Below are positions 10,180 through 19,701 of a DNA stretch of 64,000 nt, piece after piece. The notes beneath the pieces were generated by a model. That model was given only the letters and a program-made list of their open reading frames with translations. It was not told where the DNA came from and made no database searches. The stretch covers positions 13,374-77,373 of the forward strand of contig JAFCEJ010000003.1 in assembly GCA_017609175.1 (NCBI GenBank). Direction: 5' to 3'. This stretch comes from Candidatus Pacearchaeota archaeon (GTDB lineage Archaea; Nanobdellota; Nanobdellia; Pacearchaeales; GW2011-AR1). Made by a program: the position numbers and the translations under genes. The first letter of the stretch is position 1, and every line of letters begins with the position of its first letter.

Positions 10180-10320
10180 ATGAAAAACAATAAAATTGTA
10201 ATTTTTTCGGTAATTGCTTTTGGTTTTCTTGTTTTAACTTTTTTAGTTGATTGGCTTTTTATAGTTGGAGCATTAATTTTATTATACTTAAATCAAAGAG
10301 AATTAATGAAAAAAAGGTAA
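10180..10320 (+). CDS. small membrane ORF (46 aa)
   Basis: Read by hand: MKNNKIVIFSVIAFGFLVLTFLVDWLFIVGALILLYLNQRELMKKR. Below the track cut-off. Confidence 0.25.
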   Translation: MKNNKIVIFSVIAFGFLVLTFLVDWLFIVGALILLYLNQRELMKKR

Positions 10321-10415
10321 TTTTTATTATGAATATTTATGCAAAACGAAACATTTAAATAGTATTATGAATATATATTCATAATTAAATCAGCCAAAAG
10401 GCAAGGAGGATTAAA

Positions 10416-10688
10416 ATGCCTAGAGGAGATGGAACAGGTCCAAATGGAATGGGACCAATGACCGGAAGAGGAATGGGATATTGTGCAGGTTTTGCAGTCC
10501 CAGGTTTTATGAATGGTGGTTTTGGAAGAAGAAGGGGATTTGCATGGAGAGCAAGAGCTATGCCATTACAACAAATTCAGCCAGTAATGACAGAAAAACA
10601 AGAAAAACAATATCTTGAACAAGAATTAGAAATCTTAAAACAAGAAATGAAAGAAATAGAAAAAAGATTAAAAGAAATTAAAGGATGA
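10416..10688 (+). CDS. DUF5320-family protein
   Basis: MPRGDGTGPNGMGPMTGRGMGYCAG N-terminus plus C-terminal coiled coil. SD aaggagg. Confidence 0.7.
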   Translation: MPRGDGTGPNGMGPMTGRGMGYCAGFAVPGFMNGGFGRRRGFAWRARAMPLQQIQPVMTEKQEKQYLEQELEILKQEMKEIEKRLKEIKG

Positions 10689-11755
10689 AAGAAAAAGTAG
10701 CAGGACTTTCGGTATTTGCAAACCTCGTCTTAGCGACAGGAAAAATTTTAGTTGGAACTTTAGCAAATTCTGCATCAGTTTTAGCAGAAGGAATTCATTC
10801 TGGGATGGATGTTTTATCTTCAGGAATAAGTTTAATTGGAATAAAAATTGCAAAAAAGCCCGTGGACAAAAAACATCCTTATGGACATTATAAATTTGAA
10901 GTCTTAGCAGGATTATTAATTACAATAATATTATTTATAACAGGAGCAGGAATTATTTATGAAGCGTATCAGAGATTTTTATCTCCTTCTGAAATTAAAT
11001 TAGGATATCTTGCATTAGGAGTTATGCTTTTTTCTGCAGCAGTAAATGAAATAATGGCAAGATTAAAAATTTATTATGGAAAAAAAGAAAATTCAATTAG
11101 CTTACTTTCAGATGGCGTGCATTCAAGAGTTGATGTCTGGGCATCAGTTGCAGTTTTAAGTGGATTAATTTTAACAAAATATTGGAATTATGCAGATCCG
11201 TTGCTTGCATTATTAATAGGATTATATATAATAAAAGAATCATTTGAATTAGGCAAAGAAGCAACTGACTCGCTATTGGATGTTTCGGCTGGGGAAGAAG
11301 TCGAAGAGCAGATTAAGAAAATAGCAGAAAAACAAAATCTTAAAATATCAGAATTAAGAACCCAGAAAAAAGGTTCGGCAATCACAGCAAATTTGAAAAT
11401 TAAATTGCCTAGCAAATTAAGTGTTGAAGAAGCCACTAAAATATCTAACAGACTAAGAAAAAGATTAATAGATGAGATTGACCGCCTTGAATATGTCGCA
11501 ATACAAATAGAAAGCCATGACGTTTCAAATAGTTACTTTAAACCAACAGAAATGATTTCTAAGCTGGGATTTGGTAGAGGATTTGGTTGGCAAAGAAAAG
11601 GAAGATTCAAAAAGAGTATTGAAAAAGCTCAGGGAAAAGGACCAGAAGGATTTTGCATCTGCCCGAAATGTGGTTATAAACAAAAACATAAGAGAGGTGT
11701 TCCATGTTCAACAATTAAATGCCCTGTATGTGGAGAGAAATTAGAGAGAGAATGA
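10685..11755 (+). CDS. cation diffusion facilitator (CDF) metal transporter with extra C-terminal Zn-ribbon module
   Basis: Six TM helices with HSGMD/HSRVD metal-site motifs and a cytoplasmic CTD. Tail: GPEGFCICPKCGYKQKHKRGVPCSTIKCPVCGEKLERE. Confidence 0.85.
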   Translation: MKEKVAGLSVFANLVLATGKILVGTLANSASVLAEGIHSGMDVLSSGISLIGIKIAKKPVDKKHPYGHYKFEVLAGLLITIILFITGAGIIYEAYQRFLSPSEIKLGYLALGVMLFSAAVNEIMARLKIYYGKKENSISLLSDGVHSRVDVWASVAVLSGLILTKYWNYADPLLALLIGLYIIKESFELGKEATDSLLDVSAGEEVEEQIKKIAEKQNLKISELRTQKKGSAITANLKIKLPSKLSVEEATKISNRLRKRLIDEIDRLEYVAIQIESHDVSNSYFKPTEMISKLGFGRGFGWQRKGRFKKSIEKAQGKGPEGFCICPKCGYKQKHKRGVPCSTIKCPVCGEKLERE

Positions 11756-12174
11756 ATTCTAAAATTAAACAATCAATAATTAAATCTATTAAATCGCTGT
11801 GGAAATCCCTACCTTTAATTTTAGGAACAGTTATGTTAGTAAGTTTAATTTCGGTATTAATCCCAAAATCATTTTATACATCCTTATTTAGTAAAAACCC
11901 CCTATTTGACCCTATTTTAGGAGGTTTAGTTGGAAGTATTTCTGCAGGAAATCCTATAACGAGTTATATCTTTGGTGGAGAAATGTTAAAACAAGGTGTG
12001 AGCTTATTAGCAGTCACTTCATTTTTAGTCGCCTGGGTTACTGTAGGAATTGTTCAGCTTCCAGCAGAGTCTGCAATTTTAGGTAAAAAATTTGCATTAT
12101 TAAGAAATTTCACAGCATTTATTTTGTCCATCATTGTTGCAATGATCACAATATTAATTTTAGGAGCATTTTAA
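11752..12174 (+). CDS. integral membrane protein, putative permease half 1
   Basis: ATGA overlap with the CDF stop. Four predicted TM helices. Family call uncertain. Confidence 0.45.
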   Translation: MNSKIKQSIIKSIKSLWKSLPLILGTVMLVSLISVLIPKSFYTSLFSKNPLFDPILGGLVGSISAGNPITSYIFGGEMLKQGVSLLAVTSFLVAWVTVGIVQLPAESAILGKKFALLRNFTAFILSIIVAMITILILGAF

Positions 12175-12175
12175 A

Positions 12176-12688
12176 ATGAATTTAAAAAACAAATTAAGAC
12201 AAATCTCAAAATCATGGTATTTTTTAATATCTGTAATAGTAGTTTATTTGTTATTATTCGTTTTCAAACAGGAATCTTTTTTCTCAAGCTTGGATTTTTT
12301 TTATAAAATAATCTTAAAGATAATTCCAGTTTTTATTCTTGTTTTTATTTTAATGACTTTAACAAATTACTTTATAACTCCTCAATTTGTAATGAAACAT
12401 TTGGGAGAAAAAGGAATAAAAAAATGGTTTTTTGTAATAATTGGTGGAATATTATCTTCAGGACCAATTTATATGTGGTATCCTTTATTAGCAGACCTTA
12501 AAGATAAAGGATTAAACTACGGGCTTATTGGATGTTTCTTATATAACCGTGCAATAAAAATTCCTTTAATTCCTATTGCAGTTTTTTATTTTGGGTGGAA
12601 ATATATCTTAATCTTAAGTGTTGTAATGATTTTTATGTCGGTTATCCAAGGTATATTAATAAATAAATTAATTCAAATCAAAAAATGA
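12176..12688 (+). CDS. integral membrane protein, putative permease half 2
   Basis: Starts 1 nt after the upstream stop. Polytopic. Confidence 0.45.
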   Translation: MNLKNKLRQISKSWYFLISVIVVYLLLFVFKQESFFSSLDFFYKIILKIIPVFILVFILMTLTNYFITPQFVMKHLGEKGIKKWFFVIIGGILSSGPIYMWYPLLADLKDKGLNYGLIGCFLYNRAIKIPLIPIAVFYFGWKYILILSVVMIFMSVIQGILINKLIQIKK

Positions 12689-12987
12689 AAATAGCTATAG
12701 CTTCAGAAGGAAAATCATCAGATTCAGAAATAAGTTTAAGAGGTGGGAGAGCTCCATATTATTTAATTTTTGAAAATAAAAAATTAATTAAAATTCTTAA
12801 AAACCCTTTTGCTGTTGGCGGGGGAGGAGCTGGTTGGAGTGTTGCTTATATGTTAGCAAAAGAAAATGTCAATTTAGTTATTGCAGGAAAAATTGGGTCA
12901 AATATGCAACTTGCTCTGAAAGAGAAAGATATAAATTTTAAAGAAGATAAAGGTATTATAAAGGAAAAAATAAAAGGAATTCAATAA
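12685..12987 (+). CDS. NifX/NifB-like (dinitrogenase FeMo-cofactor-binding domain) small protein
   Basis: MKIAIAS...GRAPYYLIF...GGGGAG...VIAGKIG pattern of PF02579-type proteins. Confidence 0.65.
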   Translation: MKIAIASEGKSSDSEISLRGGRAPYYLIFENKKLIKILKNPFAVGGGGAGWSVAYMLAKENVNLVIAGKIGSNMQLALKEKDINFKEDKGIIKEKIKGIQ

Positions 12988-12988
12988 A

Positions 12989-13459
12989 ATGGTAAGACCC
13001 CGAAGAATAAGAAGAATTTTTTTTCAGCCAGATGTAACTTACTTTAAACCAGCAGGAATTCCAATGAATAATCTGCAAGAAACTATTTTGAGTTTTGATG
13101 AATTAGAAGCGATAAGATTAATAGATTCTGAAGGAATGGAGCAGAGCAAAGCTGGGAAAAAAATGAAAATAAGTCAATCAACTTTGTCGAGATTGCTTAA
13201 AACAGCAAGAAAAAAATTAGCAGACGCCATAATTACTGGCAGAGCTATTAAAATTCATGGAGGTAATTTTAAAATGGCAATTCCAGTAGGAAGAGGTTTA
13301 GGAGCAGGTAGAAGAGCAGGAAGACGAATGGGTTCTGCTGCAGGACCAGGAGGATTTTGTGTATGTCCTAACTGCGGTTACAAAGAACAGCATGAAATTG
13401 GAATACCTTGCTATCAAAAAAAGTGCCCTAAATGTGGAAGCCTGATGACAAGAGAATAG
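12989..13459 (+). CDS. DUF134 (UPF0251) putative DNA-binding protein with C-terminal Zn-ribbon module
   Basis: RPRRIRRIFFQPDVTYFKPAGIP and an sigma-like HTH (MKISQSTLSRLLKTARKKLA). Tail: GPGGFCVCPNCGYKEQHEIGIPCYQKKCPKCGSLMTRE. Confidence 0.75.
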   Translation: MVRPRRIRRIFFQPDVTYFKPAGIPMNNLQETILSFDELEAIRLIDSEGMEQSKAGKKMKISQSTLSRLLKTARKKLADAIITGRAIKIHGGNFKMAIPVGRGLGAGRRAGRRMGSAAGPGGFCVCPNCGYKEQHEIGIPCYQKKCPKCGSLMTRE

Positions 13460-13541
13460 CATAGGCGATTAAAAGAAGTTCGCTAATTTTTGTTTCCCGC
13501 TTCCCAAAAACTTTAAAACTCTTAATTTCCTTATTTTAAAG

Positions 13542-15764
13542 ATGGAAAAGAAGGTGATAAGAGTATCTGTCTTCTTAATTGTTCTATTGTTAATTATGCC
13601 TATTGCTTTTGCACAAAAAATGAGTGATGAAGATGAGAAAAAAGTAATCTCAATTACAAAAATAATAAAATCAATTGCAGGAAAAATTACTGGTTCTACA
13701 ATTACAGGTTATACTGCAGAAGAAGGGAAAACTACAACAGAGCCAGAAACCCAAGAAGAGCAAACTGAAACAGAAGTAAGTGAAGAAGAATCAGAAGAAC
13801 CTCAGGAAAGTGTTGAGGAGCAACCAGAAGAAACTGCAACAAAGTCAGAAGGAGCTACAGAGGAATCAGAAAGAGTTGAAGAAGAAAAAGAATATTTTGG
13901 CGAAGAAGAAATTCCAGAAGGATGTCATAAAATAACAACAGAAAGCGGAATGTTTCAGATAGAGTGTAGTTTTGATAAAGAAGGTTTTGAAGATTTTGAT
14001 TTAAAAGAGGAAATGGAAAATTGCGACGGTAAATTTGAAATGATTGAAGGCAAGCCTGTTTGTATTAAAAAAGGCAGGGTAGGTTTTGGAAGCACAGAAT
14101 GTCCAACACAAGAAGAATTAGACAATATTGCAACAAAATGCGAAGGAAAGGTTGAATATTTTACAGATGAATCAGGATGTTCTGCTGTAATGTGCATTAA
14201 TGAAAAGTTCAAAAAAGAATTTGATAATAGATTAAGAAAAAAATATGATAATGAACTACAAAGACAGGCAATTGAATGTAAAAAAGATGGTGGGAAATTT
14301 GTTCTTATTAAAGGGGAACCTAAATGCATCAAGGGAGTTCAGGAAACAATAATGATTAAAAGGGATTTAGGAACAATAACTGAGAAAGATATTAAGAATG
14401 CTGGCTCTAAATTAGATATGTTAGAAAGCAAATTAGAGGCAATAACTTCAAAATTAGAAGGAAAGCAAGGAGAAGTTTTTGATGAAGCTACTAAAAGATT
14501 AAAAGCTATTCAGAAAAAAATTGAAGATATTAAAACAAAATTAGCAACAGATTCTAATTTAACAAAAGAAGAAAGAATAGAAATTATTGCTGAAATGAAA
14601 GCTATTCAAAAAACTCTTTCTGATGTTACAATAGGAATTGTTAATGGAAAGATGCCCACTGAAGAAGATATTCATGAGGAAATGTTTGAACAGTTTGAAG
14701 AATTTTACGGAGGACCGTTCAAAAGCAAAGAAGAATTAGAGCAATGGGCTAAAAAGGAAAGAGATACTTTAGAAATTGTAAGAAATTGCGATAAATATGA
14801 AAGTGTTGAATCATTTGCCCCGCCAGACCCCGAGGGGATGGTTGTTAAAGTTGAACTTCAAGCAATAGATGGTGGAAGATGTCAAATGAAAATCCATACT
14901 GCAAAAGGAGGCATCGCAACATATTTAATTCCTCCGGAAATTTATACAACTTTTAGAGGACCTGAAGATTTGATAAAAGAAAACATTCCTTGTACAGGTG
15001 CTTGTGAATTTATGGAAAAGATGATGACAGAACCTCACGGACCGGGGGAAAATCCGGAAGCAGAAGCATGTATGGAAGAATGCATAAGAAAGGATTGTGA
15101 TAATGGTTTATTTGAATGTATGCTTGAGAACAAAGAAAAATGTGAAAAGGAATGTGGTTTTGGAAAAAGGGAAATGGAAGGTCCTCCTGGCATGGAAAAT
15201 ATGGGGGAAGAAGAACGTTGTATTATGGAATGCGTAGGGCCTGATGTGATGTGTAAGTCTGGACCAGAAGGAGAAGAAAATCCTAAATGTAAAGAATGTG
15301 CTGAAAAGTGTGCTAAAGAATTTTATAAAGGACCTTGTTTAAATGATGAACAACTAAAAGAAAAGGAAAAAGAGTGTGAATCAAAATGCGAACATTGTTA
15401 TGGTAAGCCAATAATGGGAGATTCTGGAGATGGTCGTGAATGTATAATAGGGATGGAGTGTAAAGATGCTTCAAGTGAATTTGGGGATGAGGCGGGGGAA
15501 GGTCCTGCAAACTTTGAAGAAGGACATGGACCTGGAGAAGAATTTGGCCCACCAGAAGAAGAAATTGCACCTATGACAGGAGAAGTTGTGAGTGGTGAAA
15601 ACCAAGGATTTTTTTCAAAAATAGTAAACTGGTTTAAATCTTTATTTGGAGGAGATAAAAGCTCAAAATCAGAAATTAGCAGCGGGGATAGTGTTGATGA
15701 TATTACAGAAGATTTAAGTAAGATTCAAAAAGATTTGGGTGATGTAAGTGAAAATATTGGATAA
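13542..15764 (+). CDS. secreted/anchored acidic, Cys-rich coiled-coil protein
   Basis: N-terminal signal/anchor VSVFLIVLLLIMPIAFA, E-rich linker, internal Cys repeats, coiled-coil centre, dense Cys C-terminal third. Confidence 0.6.
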   Translation: MEKKVIRVSVFLIVLLLIMPIAFAQKMSDEDEKKVISITKIIKSIAGKITGSTITGYTAEEGKTTTEPETQEEQTETEVSEEESEEPQESVEEQPEETATKSEGATEESERVEEEKEYFGEEEIPEGCHKITTESGMFQIECSFDKEGFEDFDLKEEMENCDGKFEMIEGKPVCIKKGRVGFGSTECPTQEELDNIATKCEGKVEYFTDESGCSAVMCINEKFKKEFDNRLRKKYDNELQRQAIECKKDGGKFVLIKGEPKCIKGVQETIMIKRDLGTITEKDIKNAGSKLDMLESKLEAITSKLEGKQGEVFDEATKRLKAIQKKIEDIKTKLATDSNLTKEERIEIIAEMKAIQKTLSDVTIGIVNGKMPTEEDIHEEMFEQFEEFYGGPFKSKEELEQWAKKERDTLEIVRNCDKYESVESFAPPDPEGMVVKVELQAIDGGRCQMKIHTAKGGIATYLIPPEIYTTFRGPEDLIKENIPCTGACEFMEKMMTEPHGPGENPEAEACMEECIRKDCDNGLFECMLENKEKCEKECGFGKREMEGPPGMENMGEEERCIMECVGPDVMCKSGPEGEENPKCKECAEKCAKEFYKGPCLNDEQLKEKEKECESKCEHCYGKPIMGDSGDGRECIIGMECKDASSEFGDEAGEGPANFEEGHGPGEEFGPPEEEIAPMTGEVVSGENQGFFSKIVNWFKSLFGGDKSSKSEISSGDSVDDITEDLSKIQKDLGDVSENIG

Positions 15765-15773
15765 TCAATCAAT

Positions 15774-17822
15774 TTATTTTTCTATTCTGCTTTCTCCAGC
15801 TTCTTTTTTAAATTTAATCACATTTTCAACAAAGCTTTCTATTTTTTGTTCGTGACTAACAAGGATAAGTTGTGTTGCATTTAGTTGTTGTAAAACATCA
15901 CGCATTTTATCCAATTGTTGCTCGCTAAAGCCATCTGTTGGCTCATCCAAAATTACTAAATTCTTTGTTTTAATTTTACTAAGGAAAGAATTTATAACTT
16001 GGTTTAATGCAAGCCGATATGCAAGGGCGATTGCAGTTCTCTCCCCTCCTGAAAGATAAGCATAATCAATTTCATAATCATGTTGTTCGATTATTGGTGT
16101 AAATTCATCATCGAGCCGAGTGTTAAAAGAATCTGAAACAAGCATACAAAACCATTCATTAAAAAGTTCTGAAAATTCTTTTTTCAATTTTATCATTACA
16201 TTTTTCTCAATATAAGATATCAATGAACTAAAATTTTTAGTGAGCCAATCTTCTAATTTAGTAAGATAATCCAGTTGTTTCTTAATTTCCTGAATTTTGT
16301 TTATTTTTTCTTTTAATTCATTAATTTGTTTTGAAAAAACATCTATCTCTTTTTTCAATTCTGCAATTTTTATTTCGGTTTGCTTCTCTTGTTTTAGTGC
16401 CTCTTCAAGTTCATGGTTTTTTTGCTCAAAGAGAATTTCAAATTTTTCTAGTTCTTCCACAGATTTATTGAGTGCCTGATTATGAGTTATTAAAAGTTCT
16501 ATATCTTTCTGGAGAAGGGCGTTAGATTTTTCAAATTCATCTATTCTATTCTGTTTTTCCTGAATCGATTGAAGTTTTATTTTTAGGATTTTTAAATCAT
16601 TTAATTTTTTTTCTTTTTCTAAAATTTCTGAATTTATTTTTTTAATTTGATTTGAAATTTCTTTTTCCTGGCTTTCTAGCTCCTGCAGTTTATTTTTGTT
16701 CCGTCCTAATTCTGTGTGAATTTTATTTAAAACGTTAGCTCGATAAACAGGATCAACTTGTTGTAAACAGGTAGGGCATACCTCTAAATTTGATATTTTT
16801 TCTTCAAGCTTCAAATTCTCCTCATTTTTTAAATGAAGTGAATTTATCTGGGAGGTGGTATTTATTAATTGGTCATTTAATTTTTCTTTTTGTTTTCTTT
16901 TTTCATTTATCTCTTCCTCTGTTTGCTGTATTAGATTCTCGTCAAAAACCATAGTCTTTAATTCTTGTATTTGATTTTTTATCTGCTCAATCAATCTATT
17001 ATTATTTTCAATAGTTTCTTTTTTGTTTGCGAGCATAATTTTTGTTTTTTCTATTTCTTTTTCTAAATTCCTTTTTTCCTCTATTTTTTTATTAATTTCC
17101 TCTTTCTCTTCCTGAATTTTTTTTCTAATTTCTGTTTTTGAAAAAAATTCTTTTTCAACAGATGCTAAATTGTAATGTTTTGTTTCAAGTTCTTCTTCTT
17201 TTTCAATCAAATTTAACTTATCTTGCTCCAAGGATTCTGTCATCCCTTCTTTTCTTCTTTTTTCTTCGCGCAATTTTGAAGCAAGTATAGAAGTATTTTC
17301 CAGAATTCGTTTATATTTATCAATTCCAAAAACATGGCGCAGAGTATTAATCCTTGTTGCAGGGTCTTGAAGGATAATTTGTTTCATTTCTTCCTGAGGT
17401 GTATAAACTGTAAATTTATAGAGCAAATTTTGTTTTTTTGAAAATTCATTTGGGTAATTTAATAATTCTAAAACTTTATTTTTTAATTCAGTTACAGAAA
17501 TTTCACTTTTTTCACCATCTATGGTAATCGCACAATAATCCTGTGAAACGGTTTTTCCTCTTTTCAAAGTTCTCTCAATTATAATTTGTTTTCCTTCAAC
17601 TTCAAATTCCAAAATTATCCCCCCTTGTTTTTCTCCATTTCTTAATAATGAAGCCCCCCGCTGACCTGGCTGAAGCCCAAACAAGGCAAATTCAATCCCC
17701 AATAGCACAGAAGTTTTTCCAGAACCGATATCTCCTGATAAAAGAGTTGAACCCTTTGGAAATTCTATTTCTGTTTCTTTATAGCTTCGGATATTAGTTA
17801 GCTTTATTTTTTTTAAGAACAT
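15774..17822 (-). CDS. rad50: Rad50 ATPase (short coiled coil)
   Basis: Walker A GDIGSGKTS, zinc hook CPTC (about 16765-16782), signature LSGGE, Walker B LVILDEPT. ATG at 17822 lies 1 nt after the mre11 stop. The track's 31-aa N-terminal extension is rejected. Confidence 0.9.
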   Translation of the reverse strand: MFLKKIKLTNIRSYKETEIEFPKGSTLLSGDIGSGKTSVLLGIEFALFGLQPGQRGASLLRNGEKQGGIILEFEVEGKQIIIERTLKRGKTVSQDYCAITIDGEKSEISVTELKNKVLELLNYPNEFSKKQNLLYKFTVYTPQEEMKQIILQDPATRINTLRHVFGIDKYKRILENTSILASKLREEKRRKEGMTESLEQDKLNLIEKEEELETKHYNLASVEKEFFSKTEIRKKIQEEKEEINKKIEEKRNLEKEIEKTKIMLANKKETIENNNRLIEQIKNQIQELKTMVFDENLIQQTEEEINEKRKQKEKLNDQLINTTSQINSLHLKNEENLKLEEKISNLEVCPTCLQQVDPVYRANVLNKIHTELGRNKNKLQELESQEKEISNQIKKINSEILEKEKKLNDLKILKIKLQSIQEKQNRIDEFEKSNALLQKDIELLITHNQALNKSVEELEKFEILFEQKNHELEEALKQEKQTEIKIAELKKEIDVFSKQINELKEKINKIQEIKKQLDYLTKLEDWLTKNFSSLISYIEKNVMIKLKKEFSELFNEWFCMLVSDSFNTRLDDEFTPIIEQHDYEIDYAYLSGGERTAIALAYRLALNQVINSFLSKIKTKNLVILDEPTDGFSEQQLDKMRDVLQQLNATQLILVSHEQKIESFVENVIKFKKEAGESRIEK

Positions 17823-17823
17823 T

Positions 17824-18984
17824 TTAAAATCCCAAAATCTTTTTAGTTGCATCGAGCAGTCTGTTTTCAAAAATAACTGCCTTTTCATCTTCCTGTTTTT
17901 CAAGACTGAGAACATTCATTAATTGCGGGATTAATTCATTAAAATTAGATGGGTTTTCGTTTGAATAGTTTTCAATCACCTCACTTTCAATATTTTCTGT
18001 ATCTTTTACTTCTATTTCCAATTCAACTTCTTTTGTTTTCAAATCATGAGTGTTTTTGAGCATAAAATAAGCTTTTTTTTGTTTTAGTATTTCTTCTATT
18101 TGAATAAATTTTATATCAGAATGTTTTCCGTTTTCCAACTCTCCTTTTAGTCTCAATAAAACTATTTTATCTTCAACATCTCTTTTCTTTATCTCTCCTA
18201 TAATTTTTTCTGTAGCTGTTATAGCGTTGGTTATCTCTATTGTTATTACCTCTACATCTTTTAGCTTAAGCTCAATTTTTTTTAAGGGAGTTTGTGATTC
18301 AGTATCTACAATATAAAAAGTTCCAAATCTTAAATCTTCAAGTTCTTGAAAATTATTTGGGAAAATTGGTCCAGGATAAACAAAGTTTTCATATTGAAAA
18401 TCTATATGCAAATGTCCTAGAGCATAATAATCTGCTTTAGGAAGTTTGTCTGCTTCAATAGCATCGATAGGCAAATTTCCTTTTGCTTTGTCAAGAGTTG
18501 TATGAAACATGAAAATTTTGAACATTCCGGGGGCATCATTTAATTTTATTTTTCTCAAATCATTTATTTCTAAACCAGATTTTTTTCCAGGATAACCATA
18601 AATTGCAACTCCCTTATATAATGTTGGATTAAGAATTATATTTTCTTCTGTTTGTTCCCAATTCTCTACATTTTTACAAAAACCCGCTTTTTCTAAAACA
18701 TCTAAAAATGTTTTTCCTGAAACCGAATAATCATGCGAACCTGCGATTATAAAACATGGGATATTTGAATCTTTTAGTTTTTTAAATTCTGCAAAAGCTT
18801 CTTTGAGAATTTCAATTGGCGGATAAGCGGAATCAAATAAATCGCCGGCAATTAAAACAAATTCTACTTTTTCAGAAATGCATGTTTCAATAGCTTTTTT
18901 AAAAGATTTTAGGTTTAAGTCCTGAAGCGGCTGCTGTTTCCATCCTCCTAAATGAACATCAGAAATGTGAGCAAACTTTGTCAT
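17824..18984 (-). CDS. mre11: Mre11 nuclease
   Basis: Phosphoesterase motifs HISDVHLG, GDLFD, GSHD, GHLH. ATG at 18984 is preceded by gaggt. The track start at 18999 is a TTG. Confidence 0.9.
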   Translation of the reverse strand: MTKFAHISDVHLGGWKQQPLQDLNLKSFKKAIETCISEKVEFVLIAGDLFDSAYPPIEILKEAFAEFKKLKDSNIPCFIIAGSHDYSVSGKTFLDVLEKAGFCKNVENWEQTEENIILNPTLYKGVAIYGYPGKKSGLEINDLRKIKLNDAPGMFKIFMFHTTLDKAKGNLPIDAIEADKLPKADYYALGHLHIDFQYENFVYPGPIFPNNFQELEDLRFGTFYIVDTESQTPLKKIELKLKDVEVITIEITNAITATEKIIGEIKKRDVEDKIVLLRLKGELENGKHSDIKFIQIEEILKQKKAYFMLKNTHDLKTKEVELEIEVKDTENIESEVIENYSNENPSNFNELIPQLMNVLSLEKQEDEKAVIFENRLLDATKKILGF

Positions 18985-19127
18985 TTTAATTAACCTCAAA
19001 ATTTCACACCCATCTTAATAAAAAGGTATAGAGTGAATTTAACAGTCTTGTAACTAAAAGTTGATAGGAGATATATAAAATTGATTATATTTTAGTATAT
19101 GATATTGGAATAAGTATTCAATAAATC

Positions 19128-19667
19128 TTATTTTAGGCTAAGCTCCCAGATAGACAACTCTTCATAAAATAATTTTTCATTGCCGAGAAATTTTTTATTA
19201 TATCCGAATTCTTCAAAATTTATCTTGGGGGTTAATGAACTGACAAGCAAGAAAATTTTTCCATTTTTATTAAGGTGATTTTTTGCTTGTTGCAGGAACC
19301 GGATTATAATTTCGTCGCCTTTTTTTCCTCCTGCTGTATCTGGTTTTTTGTCAAACTGGTGTTCAGGCAAATAAGGGGGATTAAAAACAATTATATCAAA
19401 AATACCCCCTATTTTTTCAAATAAATCTGACTGAATGCAGTGGAACCCCAACATATTACAATGACTAACTGCTTTTGGGTTTATATCGCATGAGAAAATA
19501 TTTTCTCGTTTTATTCCTAAATTTAGTGCAGTTTCAAGATGAATACCACTCCCTGCCCCGATTTCCAAAAAAGTTAAATCAGGATTTTCTTCTAATAATT
19601 GGGGCATTTCTCTTTTCAAAATCTCTGTTAAAAAATAAGAGTCTTCTGCGGGCTTGTAAATTTCCAT
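19128..19667 (-). CDS. HemK/Mtq2-like N5-glutamine (NPPY) methyltransferase
   Basis: SAM motif LEIGAGSG and FNPPY. 179 aa. Confidence 0.75.
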   Translation of the reverse strand: MEIYKPAEDSYFLTEILKREMPQLLEENPDLTFLEIGAGSGIHLETALNLGIKRENIFSCDINPKAVSHCNMLGFHCIQSDLFEKIGGIFDIIVFNPPYLPEHQFDKKPDTAGGKKGDEIIIRFLQQAKNHLNKNGKIFLLVSSLTPKINFEEFGYNKKFLGNEKLFYEELSIWELSLK

Positions 19668-19701
19668 AAAAAAAGAAGGTGTTTAAAATATATTAAATTA
19701 T

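Noticed and set aside
13700-13930. gaagaa/gaggaa-rich stretch that could be mistaken for a tandem repeat or CRISPR-like periodicity
   Set aside because: It is simply the Glu-rich linker of the 740-aa protein. There is no repeat-spacer structure here or anywhere else in the window.
15774-17915. Long form of Rad50 (713 aa) overlapping mre11 by 92 nt
   Set aside because: The extra 31 aa (MFSVLKNRKMKRQLFLKTDCSMQLKRFWDFK) are read through the mre11 C-terminus. The canonical Rad50 N-terminus MFLKKIKLTNIRSY starts at 17822, 1 nt after the mre11 stop.
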